In this document: one piece after another, positions 1 through 11,606 of the stretch
Numbering within the stretch: the stretch's first letter is position 1
Layout: every line of letters begins with the position of its first letter
Assembly: GCA_965235115.1 (NCBI GenBank)
Contig: OZ249441.1
Coordinates: 31,496,001 to 31,560,000, forward strand
DNA from: Laetmonice hystrix
Lineage: Eukaryota
Length of the DNA stretch: 64,000 nucleotides
Reading direction: 5' to 3'
Program-made: the position numbers and the translations under genes
The notes under the pieces: generated by a model
Database searches by the model: none
The model's input: only the letters and a program-made list of their open reading frames with translations
Told to the model about the DNA's origin: nothing

Positions 1-8
1 ACCTCTAT

Positions 9-187
9 GGCCGTAATTTCCGGGAGGGGGGGGGGGCTAGTCCCCCCCCCCAGCAAACAATTTTCAGTGGTGCCTAATAATTAGCTTACTTTACTAGAGA
101 AAACCTTAGACTCTGTTCGTCTTGCCCCCTCAATAATTCAATGGAAATTATCTAACCCCCTCAATAAATTGATGGAAATTACGGGCC
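9..187. mobile_element. Small MITE-like element with terminal inverted repeats
   Basis: GGCCGTAATTTCC (9-21) matches the reverse complement of GGAAATTACGGGCC (174-187) with one indel. It contains a G11-CTAGT-C10 hairpin (26-51) and a 31-bp-period direct repeat CCCCCTCAATAA...ATGGAAATTA. Confidence 0.6.
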
Positions 188-1983
188 TGATACCTCTCTG
201 GACAATATCAGACATGCAGTGGCATAGTTTCTGCCACAATATCGATATCATAATGTCTGTGATAGCTACCATTGTCTCCTTAACCATGGATCAGATATTT
301 CTCATGCATATTGATCCTAGAACAAAAACCTAATACTGTCAGTTTGTCCAACGTTTATTTAAAGTGTCGGGACACCAAACAGAAGCGCCCACTGTAGAAC
401 CCCCATAGAGCCACGTGAACCCCTTCAGGGTCCTCATAGAAGGCTTCTCACTCGAGGTAAACATTTCACTGCTGACTATCTGTTTGAGTATGCACTTAAA
501 GCTTGTGAGAGAAGCTGGTAAAGCATACAGCTGTATAATTTGGACGGGAAGAGGTGTGTGCAAGGCAGCAATGTCGGCTCAAACAAGGCCCACAGTTCTG
601 TGTGGGTAAGGTGACGATACGGCAGCTAGGCCTCAGGCCTCCGAGTCCATCGTGAAGCTGTATAGATTTGCGCAACTCAACTCTGCAGTTTAACAGTTTA
701 ACTTTATCTACGGAAAGAACGTTCTGGCGACTTTTGACTGAAATATAATATATATAACGTAGAATTAGTCTGATGGGCAAATAACTCTGTGATAAAAGTG
801 GAAATGAAGTAATCACGTTTCTGTTCACGTCATGTTCAAGTAAGCTTGATTTCCAGGGAAATGAGGTCACACCTAAGACGATCACGTTAAATTAGTTAAT
901 CACAGGAACTCGAAACGGAAACAGTGTCGAATTATCATTATACAATTTCTAAACTTGGTCCGTGAAAATGCTTCTACTTATGTTTACCTGAACTACTCAC
1001 AACATTCTTCTTTAATTCCTAATCTTCCTCGATTTTGGAGTCGCAAGTTTGCCTTTTAAAATGTATTTTTCCAATTCAGTGTCTGATTTTTAGGAGGTTT
1101 AATTCCAGGGTTTGCCTCTAGTTAAGTTCTAATCATTATTTCTGACTAGTCAAATTCTAATCTGCGCCTCTGATTGGTTATTGTCCGGAGTTCCTGACTC
1201 AGCCATTTCTATGGCCTGGAGACCATTACTGTATTTCAATAGCCATCAATATGTAAATTTGGTTTATCGTTTCTCTGTCAAGGCAGCTGATTGTTATGAT
1301 TTGCTGTCCATCATGAGCCAGCCAAAGATATATTTGATGATGATAAATGACTACCAGAGACAGAGAGTTACCAGCCATGGGGAACCATCCTGGTAAATGA
1401 ATAAGTACAACAACCTATGCATCATACATTGAGGGCGATTTCTAGTCGTGTAGCAACTCAATCTAACTCCAAGCAGTAAAAAAACGAGGATACTAACAAA
1501 AAATATCACGGCGATATTTATAAAACCCTATAGCCTAGAGAGTTTTACGGAAGTAAAAGACCTAAATTTCAATTAGAAAGGTTTTGTACCATAGACTGTA
1601 AAATCTAACATATTTTGCAAAGGATGCAATGGGTGGTCACATAGACATAAACGACGCCTCTACTAAAAGAAGCATTAATCCTTCCGGAGAGCAGCCGTTT
1701 TCTGCCTTTTCTAAGGGGGGGGGGTCAGTTTAGTTCAGTTACCATAGGAACCTCTCTGACTACCAATTATCAAACGTGGCCTACGGGAAGAACTGAACTT
1801 TTCACTAAGGTTAACTGCGCTCTGTTCAAACGCTACTGGGGAAAACTCCCGCACCCAGCACACCTCTTCTTAATCTTTTAATCCCTCATATGATCCCAAG
1901 AGCTCTGTTACCATGGAGATAATCGCATCTTTCCTGTCCACAATCCTGAGAGGACCTGCAGCTACTCCTTCCCGTAGTGGGAA

Positions 1984-2120
1984 TTAGGGGCAGCCTTTTC
2001 TGGCAAAATGTGTACTCAAGAGCCGTTTGTGTATGGGTGTTTTCCCCGAACCAGTATCTTGATAACTGCAGTTACCGACAGCGTGGTGTATTGTTTGGAT
2101 CTGGTAGAGATTGTATTCGT
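1984..2120 (-). pseudogene. Possible decayed SF2 helicase N-terminus (Q-motif + Walker A)
   Basis: ORF 1984..2316 contains YQIQTIHHAVGNCSYQDTGSGKTPI, with exact TGSGKT at 2038-2055 and YQ 15 residues upstream, as in Dicer/RIG-I/DEAH-type motif I. No later motifs found. Confidence 0.25.
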
Positions 2121-3134
2121 ATAACACGATTATCATACAGGATAACGGGGACATTATCAGGTCAAGTGTACCCAATGATATCAACTGAAGATACCAATAC
2201 AGTATTATAAACTCAGGCTTCTCATTGACGTATATCAAGTCCGTTCCTAAGTTATCGCCAAGATCATTGTAAATCATGTTTCGTAGTACTCTCATAATTA
2301 CCGATGGCTGCCTCACATGAGCAAACTAAACAATGTACAAGGTATTGTGGTAATAAAAGGGTTGTTTCAAAAATCAAAATAATATATATGATGCAGAAAT
2401 GTTCACGGTTCATCTTACATACTGTCACGAACAGTGTATTCTAAACGACATCGAGTCATGCTCCATATTCCATGCTATCGTTAGGCTCAGAATTAATCTG
2501 TAAAATTCATTTCAGACAAAGTGATATTTAACTATAGTATCCTGCTACCTCCTGACATTTTGAAGATTGCATAAGTTAAACTGGACAGGCCACTGTGTAA
2601 TTTTTTTTCTTTCTTCCTCGGGGTTTTATGCGCAAAGAGTCAGGTAACAAGATCATAACATTGATTTGAAAACATCAGCATTCCTCTTGAAAATGAACCA
2701 CGACCGGCAAAAGATGCTGAAAGGCTGCCGGGCATGTCTTTCGACTCACCTTTCCACTTTAAAGAGACTACAAATAACAACCGTTCAGGTCCTGAGTGCC
2801 TGTCTCTCAAGCATTGACATTCAGTAAAGCTAGGAATTGATTTCTGACTACTTAGAATTGGTGTTAATTATGTTCTAAAATTATTGAAATGCTTAAAGTC
2901 CTTCACTTAAAAACAAAAAGGATGTTTGTGATGTAAAATCTCAAAGCGCAGTTATTGTCTACAAAATGTTGAATCATCATCGTTTAAAACACTTGCTTTT
3001 CACATCTTTTAACTTGTTCACAGCAGGTATTCTATAATCATCACGATAAGAACAATGTAAAATACTGCTCAAAAAGCTCTTTATGCCATGGAAACTAAAA
3101 GATTCTAACCGAGGAAGCATAGTGACCCTATTAG

Positions 3135-3640
3135 AAATGGCATCAATTTTGTACCCGGTCCATTAGGCCCATTGGTAAAACGACCAATGGAATAACGAGA
3201 TGTTCTGTCCTACAAGGGAACCCAACTGGATCTGGAAGAAAACACCTGCTTTGCTCAGCACAGTGCACGATGGATCACAGGAAAAACAGCAATAAAATTA
3301 ATTGTTTTCGATGGAATGCAGCTTTTCGGTGGCTATCCCCTAGTAGGGCAATGGGACGGGAGGATGGAGCATCAATCTCCATCTGTCTTACCCACACCAG
3401 CGGCCTGTCACATGACCTTTGGAAGCCGACGTTGTCTCATGCTGACGGTGTCTCCAGTCTCACATACAGAGGGCGCCACAAGCACTGGCAATGCCTCTCT
3501 CTGGACCATGTACAGCCCATTGGAGCAACGCACTGTAGTCAATGTATTGTTGACAGAAAAATGTCGCAGTAAACAATATCTTCCCTGGAGATTCGTGGTC
3601 AGCTTTATGAGTCTGTGGGCAAGTATTCGAGGCAAGCTTG
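3135..3640 (+). pseudogene. Decayed RecQ-like helicase, N-terminal RecA domain
   Basis: One frame reads FCTRSIRP...VLQGNPTGSGRKHL (motif I-like), WLSPSRAM (Ia-like), and CIVDRKMSQ*...IRGQLYESVGKYSR (resembles VDEAHC..WG.DFR..Y..LG.LR). RDVL lies in the adjacent frame just before PTGSG. The DEAH itself is not intact. Confidence 0.35.
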
Positions 3641-4563
3641 CGATTATTGGCCCCAGGAAAACTCATAATAACCATAATGTGATCATAAGCCCTGCATTAC
3701 ATTGCTTCGAATTTTAAGGCACTAGATTCCTCTATAACTGCTGGTTCACATAGGCTCATTCCCTTCCCATTATATACACCCCCATATACATGCACAATGC
3801 ACAAATACTATTACCTTCTGCTCTTTATTGGAGAAAACGAAATTTGACAGCGAGCCTCATTCTAAGCGTCAACTAAAATACACCTTGTTCATGCTCTTTA
3901 ACAGCTGGCTAAATTGGTCACAGAACCCTTATATATATTATCTATTACCATATTATACAATCCACATACTTCTCTCCGTCCATGCACTGCAGCAATTCAA
4001 TTTCCGAAAAAGGCATGGGTGTGTGCAGCCAGAACGTAAGCCCAAGGTTTCCGCTCATATTAAGGTATAACCGGATTAGCGTAATGCTTCCGACTAGAAA
4101 TCTCACTCTGAGGTAATTATGCCATTTGGACCGAAAGACCGAATCAGAGTCTTATTCTGTTGTCATGCGTCGATACGAATGAAGGTCACAGACTTATCGG
4201 ACGGATAGACTTAATATGATGAACTAGCTCATTTGGGCTACAGTCTATACACATGAACTAGTCAGCTACTAAAACACAATATGTACGGGAGTCGGTATAA
4301 GTGAATCCGTATTTATAAGATCCAATGGTACACAATCATGTGACGCGAACAGTAGTGTGCATATCTGCACTCAAACGCACGAGACGCAAGTGGCTTTTTA
4401 ACTTACCATATTTCGAGATGGAGTTTTACATTTAAATATCGATATTAACTTTGAAATTAGATCTGTCACTGCCATTACTACACTATTTAATATCATTCAG
4501 TGCCAGTACAACAGACAAAGTAACTAAATATAATAATTCTCAAATATTATACAAATATGGCAC

Positions 4564-5031
4564 TTGGTTGAGTGCAATATGAAAATTTATGGCACGATGG
4601 CAACTGATATTGCACTCCGCGAAGTTATTGTAGACAAGCAATATGAACCATCTCTTAGTCTTGTAGAATACTTCACGTCTGAATTTCTGATTACAGAGGA
4701 ACATTTATACTCCGTGTCTGTATCCAAACAAATGTTTGAACATCAAGAAATTCATTTTCACTGTGCTCTGCACCACAAAAAACCAGCCTCCTTCGTGTTA
4801 TGGAGTTATTCTTTGCTTTCAAATGTGATGCTGAGCTGCGCATGGCATGGCACAATGCCTTCAGATGATATCTCAATATTTTTACTCAATGGAAACCTCA
4901 GTGTACAAAAGCGCCATTTGACGTGTGTGAGGTGGGTGGGGGTGAATGTAATATGGTCAGACGATACATCTCAATCTAGAGAGAAGGCATTGGTCAAAAT
5001 AGTTCACGCCTTATTACCTGTGGTAGTCTGA
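4564..5031 (+). pseudogene. Possible decayed RecQ-like helicase C-terminal (HELICc) domain
   Basis: 155-codon ORF with VIV...LVEYF, HFHCAL and LSCAWHGTMPSDDISIFLLNGNLS...RWVG, in the order expected for RecQ motifs IV, YHA, V and VI. Similarity is weak and by eye. Confidence 0.25.
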
Positions 5032-6076
5032 CAATGTAGACGCCTACAAAATGTGGTTTACTTTTTAATACTAAGATATGTTTAATCTCAATCACATGAC
5101 TGTGGTTGTCAGTCGATGAGTCAGCCATATCAAAATACTGCGCGGTTCTGGGCATGCAATCAAGCAATCAAACTTGTTACCTGGGCAGCCGACATCTCAT
5201 TTGAAATATATACACGGTAAGACACGCAGTCTCATATGACGTGGTCCATCAATGCATGTAACGTAAAACATCTCCACGTATGACAAAAAGACCCTCCATA
5301 GGAAAAATAACCGGACTAGTTTCTCTCAGACAGCATGTTTCAGAGCATGTCACAGAATAGGAGTTGATACACATGAAAGATTCGTCTCTCGGCTACTCTC
5401 AGTCAAATAAAGGTGACTCTCAAAGGTCGCAACATTAAAATACAAAATGCCATACCATATAGATAAATCCATACTAAATATCAGTGGGTCGATTACACGG
5501 CCCCGTCAAAGACTATGTTAACAAAGACTGGTTGCGATTTACGAACGTTATGGGAGAAACGTATCCGAGAGAACGAACTCTGAATGACTGCACGTTCTCT
5601 GGGACGAATCCCTCTGGAGATACCTCCGAAATTGAGGTCAGCGACGTAAGGAGAACTTGTTGCGAGGTAATTACTATCACTCACCTTCAGAGCTTCATAC
5701 CCAGTGTCTCTGTAGTATTTCTTACACCTATCTCTAATAGTGTTGACAGAACCAGGTCTAATCAATTAATAAATAGGATGGCCGGGCCCCCTTCACGTCC
5801 ACTGCGGGACGCTGGCAACAACTGCGTGCCACAACATAATCCGATGGGATGTGGAATTAAAACGGAACCCACATTAATGTCAATTCACAGAGGACATTCC
5901 GAAAACTCTACTGAAAGAGGGGTTGCAGGTGACTTGTCAAAACGTTTGCTGGAATTACTTTTGAAACATTTATAAGCTAGTGTTCCAGCCCATCTACAGA
6001 CCCCTTTGTCCTCGTCTCCCTTTCTATAATTATGCCAAACGTCATCCCACAGCTACCCGTAGGTCTTTAAAATTTA

Positions 6077-6450
6077 TCAGTCCAATGGCTGATCTGCTTC
6101 AGACCTTACCAAATCGAACAGAAGAATTCTAGTCGTCTGTATTCCGTTGCTTAGAAAGTACAAAAGCAATGCATTAAGAATTTTTTCAAAAGTCGCTACA
6201 TTTGGCATTACCTCGTTCTTTAAAAGGGCCACTGAGAGTAAAGCCACCCTAGTTTGTAAAGCTGTCACCTTTCTATAACCCTCTGGCAAGCCTTGCCTTC
6301 GTTTCACCAATTTTGGGTCCGTCCATACATCAATGCCATTTGTAAAGCCAGCAGTAAAACCCCGATCTGCCCACAATGACACCTCCTATAATGACAGTAA
6401 TGCATGGGTGAAAGCGCTGACAAAGGCAAGGAATTCCTTTCTAGTGGGAG
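6077..6450 (-). mobile_element. Decayed PIF/Harbinger-ISL2EU-like DDE transposase C-terminal fragment
   Basis: FVSAF...L*EVSLWADRGFT (ADRGF at 6356-6370), then P..VKRRQGL...T...RV...K...LSN, matching the DDE_Tnp_4-type pattern ADRGF..P....RQL....T..R+HVER..K.....L.N. The final catalytic E is lost. Confidence 0.45.
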
Positions 6451-6939
6451 GGGGATGCCAACCTGGAAGGGAACCCCTCAAAACACTCGAATCTATTACT
6501 CGACCTAAATTGAAAAGCTTCACGTGTAAAGATGAATGTTGGGGGAGCAGGGTCCGGGGGCAGGGCATGCACAGTGGGGCAGCTCACTCCACACATTCTA
6601 CACGTTTTATCAATAAATAAATAAATATACTGACTTCTTGTAATCAACAAGTAAAGACTCCAGTCCCGCTGTGAAATATTCTCTACAATCACCATCGCAG
6701 CATTTCCCAATGCTCATCACGTTCCAGGCCGTGTATGTATGTATCATGCATAAAATCGTTTTAGTACTCAGACAATCAGATAGAAGGATCAAAAATGCAG
6801 TCAATATGAGCAGTTCTGTTAAGTCTGCTGTCCCACACAAAAACCACAAAGTAAGTCTCAGATATAACAAAAATACAACCTAGTAAATTGCCAGGTGTAT
6901 TCTACTCAATTAGCTCTAATGACATCAGATTCTCCTGAC

Positions 6940-7450
6940 TTAGTTCAAATAATTCTTCGAAGCTTTCAGTGCGTGTGACATGCAACTGGTAATACGCTTG
7001 ATCTTCTTCAAAGAACTCTGACTTCTCTAAGCTAAAGGCATGTTTTGATGGTAGAGGATTTTTCGGAGCCACAAAATGGCTTCCTGCACATAAGATCGCT
7101 TGGATTCTAATTTGTAACAGGGGGCTTTCCTGTGTAGTTGTCAAAAGAGTAGGCGACAGCTCTTAAGGTCTTGTGACCACATCCATACTGTTCAAATATA
7201 GAGCAATTGTAATCCCCGACCATAAATAATGTTTTCTCGCGGTTTCCAATTTTAACCCTAAATTGTTCTGAATCATTGAATGGATAGAATATTACCATTT
7301 GACAAAATGGTTAAGGACCACTATCTTAATATCTAAATCCATATTTGGAAATAAGCTCAGGGCATGAAATAAAATCTCCTCATCAAAAATGCGATTAGGC
7401 TGCAACTCTCTCCACCACTTCGGGTTGTTTGCTACGGGTTCATTAGGTAA
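6940..7450 (-). mobile_element. Possible decayed YqaJ/lambda-exonuclease-like ORF
   Basis: Across two frameshifts: ANNPKWWRELQPNRI (like Q...W...R..RITAS), GCG...AVAYSFDN (like CG...ASPDG), VAPKNP (like EIKCP), AYYQLHVT (like YYxQVQxQM.VT). Order and rough spacing fit, but each match is weak. Confidence 0.3.
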
Positions 7451-7924
7451 TATTTGAAAACCTCCTGGCATATAATTTGTGTATCTCTTCCGTTTTGAAG
7501 TTTCTGTTTTTGGAAGGAAGCTCGGAGCTCGAAACAAAAGTCTTGCTAGACTCTCTTTAGACACTGAATACCTCAGCAGACTGCAACTGTATCTAGTGAC
7601 TGTCAGGATTGATGATATTAGCAAGCAACATTTCCACAAGAATCATTAATTGAAAGAATCATAAAAATAACCTGATGACATCAATTATATTGAGCTTATT
7701 ACGAGGCTCAACAGTCTAGTCAGATGCGGAAATTTAACAGCATCGTAAGAGACCTAATTATGCACGTTTTAGTCACAAGTGCAAATAAGCACAACGAGGA
7801 AGAGAGAAACAAGTGCCTGTTCGTCCTGGTTTGGGGTCATTATCAGCGAAAGTACAAATCTGGAAATCTAACCTATAGTATAGGAACTGGCTTATAGATA
7901 CGTAACAGACCAAAACCACCTTCA

Positions 7925-8060
7925 CACTTGGCCAATGTTGGCCGCCATGTGGACATACCTGGCTACATTTGTACTATGACCAGGCATACCGTACATTTTC
8001 AACAGTGGCTGGCCGACTGGCCACATCGGCACTGTATGCCAGCGGATACCGTGCCGACTG
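7925..8060. other. Cluster of short inverted repeats/hairpins
   Basis: TCGGCACTGTAT (8026-8037) pairs 11/12 with ATACCGTGCCGA (8046-8057). Additional stems are GTGGC..GCCAC, CCTGG..CCAGG and the palindrome TTGGCCAA. Confidence 0.5.
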
Positions 8061-8318
8061 AGGCAGGTCATCTTGGGAACCTTCTTGTGGTAAGGCCCAC
8101 GAATATTGTCCTGCCAAGGTACCGTTATTCTCAAAATTTATCAAACGAATTATCAATCAAATACATCGGAAGGGAGATATTTTCAGAGAACAGAATCAAA
8201 CTTGCAGATGAAAGAAAGTCAAGGACGGCGGAGATGGAGATGGAGAACTACTCTAGCAAAGAGACTCAATTATGGAATATGGCATCATAATTATTTAATA
8301 TCACGACTGCATTTAGGG

Positions 8319-8357
8319 CCACACCCCCACCCACACCCACGCCCACGCCCACGCCCA
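8319..8357. repeat. (CCCACR)n degenerate hexamer microsatellite
   Basis: ccacacccccacccacacccacgcccacgcccacgccca read directly. Confidence 0.85.
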
Positions 8358-9574
8358 TCTGTTGATTATCATAAGCGAAGAAAACGGCATTTTTTCAATG
8401 GAAAATGAAAGAACCGTTCTGGACTAACAAAAAATTACCTTTCTACATTACTGCTGTATTAAAACAGGTTCGGCCCGAATTCCCATTTCTATTAAGGGAG
8501 CAACAGCCGACTTTTTTTTTATTATACACGAGTAACGTTATCCACCGACAGGCGAACTGCGTCTCCATTCCAAAGTATCAGGCTGATTTAGTCAACATAA
8601 TTGTTTTCATGTACAACTTTCATGTTTGTAATCAGCTGCGCTTAATTCAGCGTAACGTTAGCCGATCCATATACAATTCTACATAAATTCAGTCTTACTG
8701 AAAACCCCCTAAATAATATAGGGCAATCAAAATGAGTCAAATGATCTTTTTGAAGTTCCCGGTGAGGATCCCCCACCACGTTCGGAAAGTTAATGAAGAT
8801 ATATTAACAAACAGTTTCCGCGACTGTTGGGTGGGCACAATAACAGTGTTTTTATGGATGTACAGTATGTATTTATGCCTTGTGTGGCCTTCCACACGGC
8901 AATACACAGCTACCAATGTTATCTCTACTGTTAGGAAATCAACCGCCACACTTCTTCCACTCCATTAGATAAAGGTATACGGTACTGCAATACCTGACTT
9001 ATGTTTGTACAGTATATTTCTATAACATATTAGTATAACATTGTATCAGAGCAATGAATTTCATTATACCAAGGATCTCTAATTCTGTCATTTTGTTATT
9101 TTCTAAGAGATGCCAGAACTTAGTGTTGGGATGAGGTATTAATGTTTTCAGGAAGTTATCATTAGATGGTTTATTAATGCACACATCTACCATGTTCTGT
9201 GCATTTGATGTCCATTTACCTCTGTCAATATGATATGTACTTTCAAAAGCTATACACCGTTCAGGAGCTGAAATTAAAATGTGGAAAGAGAAAAACAGAA
9301 AAACAGAAAATTCATTTGCAATACTGTTCATCAAGCACAACGATATTCAATTGTATTCAAGAGTCAAACAATAAGAAATACATGGATAAGTTTATGATTG
9401 ATGTAGTCTAAGATGTTCAACATGTTTGCTTCTCCAATACTGTACACGTTGACTTTATCTTACAATAGAGCTGACTATACAGGGTTACGAGTAAATACAC
9501 ACTGCCAGCAAAATGACTGCAAGGACAGAATGGGCCTGACCTCTTTGAAAGCATGGGATAAAACAACCAAATAG

Positions 9575-9615
9575 AAATTGAAAAGTTTCAAGTTTCAAAT
9601 TGAAAAGTTTCAAGT
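9575..9615. repeat. 22-bp-period tandem duplication
   Basis: AAATTGAAAAGTTTCAAGT at 9575-9593 and 9597-9615. Confidence 0.85.
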
Positions 9616-11283
9616 CTAATTTTAAAAAGTATTCCGTAAACCATGCGGAAGAGTTTAAAATATGTGTTTCTGGTTCAAAGTGAGATCAACAACTCGATGC
9701 ACCTGCTTGACTGGCCGTCCAGAATCGCCAGTCAAACAGGCCTGCCAGATCTACCGCCACCTCGGTCTACCACAGAGACCGTTCAGTGGTATCGGTCGTA
9801 TGGACCTATAGAGGGGCAGCAAAGATAGCCCTGTCTTGTGAATCGGTCGGATGAATCTACCAGATAGACTGCCGTCCATCTCGGTTCATCTCCCCAGACG
9901 ATGATGTTGCCAGAAACTATCGGCCTCAGAGGTTGGCGACGACGGTGCCAATTGTCACTGAGCAGGGGCCTCCTTCACAAAGCTTGCGGACCAGAAACTA
10001 TTATTATTCAGCCGTTTATTAATAGTTTGCGGGTCCGTGTCTTGTGTGTGTGTTTTGTGAATAAGGCCCTGGACTTCCATAGATGCAACGACTGGCTGAC
10101 ACAGCAGCTGTACTCCAGCTGGTAACAGGGGGCGATTCATACTTAGGCGCCTCTACTAAAGTAACAAAATGGGCTTCTGCACATTTCACGTCAGGCAGGC
10201 GATTTTGCTAATAGATGCTGCAATGTCCAAGAGCAAGCTACATGTCCCTTTGTGAGGAACATGTTCCAGGACAATGTTCCAAAACAGGCAGCCATTCACA
10301 AAGCCATATATGTAGCAGATGGGACATTATTAATCCAATATGATTACATGTGGCACTGGCATACAAGGTTAGATGGCAAAACATAATGGGAAAACGGAGC
10401 GAACATTGCTACCTATTGATGGCATTGCGCCTCAGATTTCCCCCCATACAGTCACTGGAAATTCAGTCTTAATGAATCGCAGCATGGCAGCCCTGCAAAC
10501 ACCGCCTCAAAATACGGGCTGCATGGGTTATGTCGTGCTGACAAGACTACGGATGTAATCCGGTCAGTTTGTCTCTGTATTCTGTCCACCTCCAGGTACG
10601 AACGAAGTGAATGTTCGCAATATGAGCACGATCCGAGGTCAGGTACAGGTCAGTACTGTCTCAACCACCGTGATTGAAGGAGGATTTAAGGACCTCCTGT
10701 AACACATACAGGTACCTGCTATAAACTATGACGAGAATTTTCGGGGGGAAACAATTGTCTATAGAATAGGAAATGTTGTGATCCCAGGCTAATGACAAAC
10801 AACATCATGCAAAGTGACACTTGTCAAAACGTAGCAACGAACTGTGCGAGTAGCTTCCCATAGCGAATTACTCTGGATAACTAGCCCAAAATAAACTGGA
10901 TCGCATTACAGATAATGAACTGCAGGTATCCTATAGATCATCCATACTTCTTGACGCTGTTTATCAAGTGCAAATACTCCCCCACTTCCAATATGGACAG
11001 GGTTTGCATATAAATACTTGAGCCTTAAATCTACATAAAAGAAATACTAGAAACACTTCTAAAATGTAAAAGTCCGGTTATCCTGGGGGAGATAGAAAAT
11101 AGAAGGTCATTGAACAGTCGCGCCGTGAGGATGTCACTATTGTTAGACAGTATAGATCTATATCCTCGGTCTGAGACGGCGGTTTATAATGTTGGGATGG
11201 ATCCCAAAACGTGGGATCGATGGTCAGAAGGCTTTGGGGACAATGAGATCATGGCATTGACACCAAGCGCCCCCTGCAGGCAT

Positions 11284-11606
11284 GGAACGTCAACAATCAC
11301 GTGACGTTCCTCGACCGAGCGCCACGTGGGGCGGGGGCCTGCACGCTGACGTACCTCGTACACAGCCGGGAACAGTGCCGGTGGACAGCCGACATGGAGG
11401 AAACGGCCTACACAGGAAACCGAGAGGCTCGAGGTGTGTGAGACACTCCTGCAACAAGGGACCAGCACCTGTTGCTGTCTATGAGATCACGTGATACAAA
11501 TCAAGCCGGCACATAAAGAGGGCCAGGATAAAATGAAGCTGTCTGACTCCAAATGGCTATCAGCCTTTGATTTCGGAATGTGACGGGACGACCATTACTG
11601 ACGTCA
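11284..11606. promoter_or_regulatory. CpG-rich cluster of E-box, CRE and GC-box motifs (candidate promoter/enhancer)
   Basis: TCACGTGA (11297), CCACGTGG (11322), GGGGCGGGGG (11328), TGACGTA (11347), ATCACGTGAT (11486), TGACGTCA (11599). GGAACGTCA/TGACGTTCC is a perfect 9-bp inverted repeat (11284-11310). Confidence 0.35.

Noticed and set aside
5480-6080. Stop-codon-recoded long ORF on minus
   Set aside because: TGA, TAA and TAG all interrupt the frame, which fits decay rather than an alternative genetic code.
8150-8230. KYIGRE as a GIY-YIG (Penelope) motif
   Set aside because: Single short motif with no supporting residues.
9020-9340. piggyBac-like W..EL..+G pattern
   Set aside because: Too weak, with no DDD motifs or CC-type TIRs.
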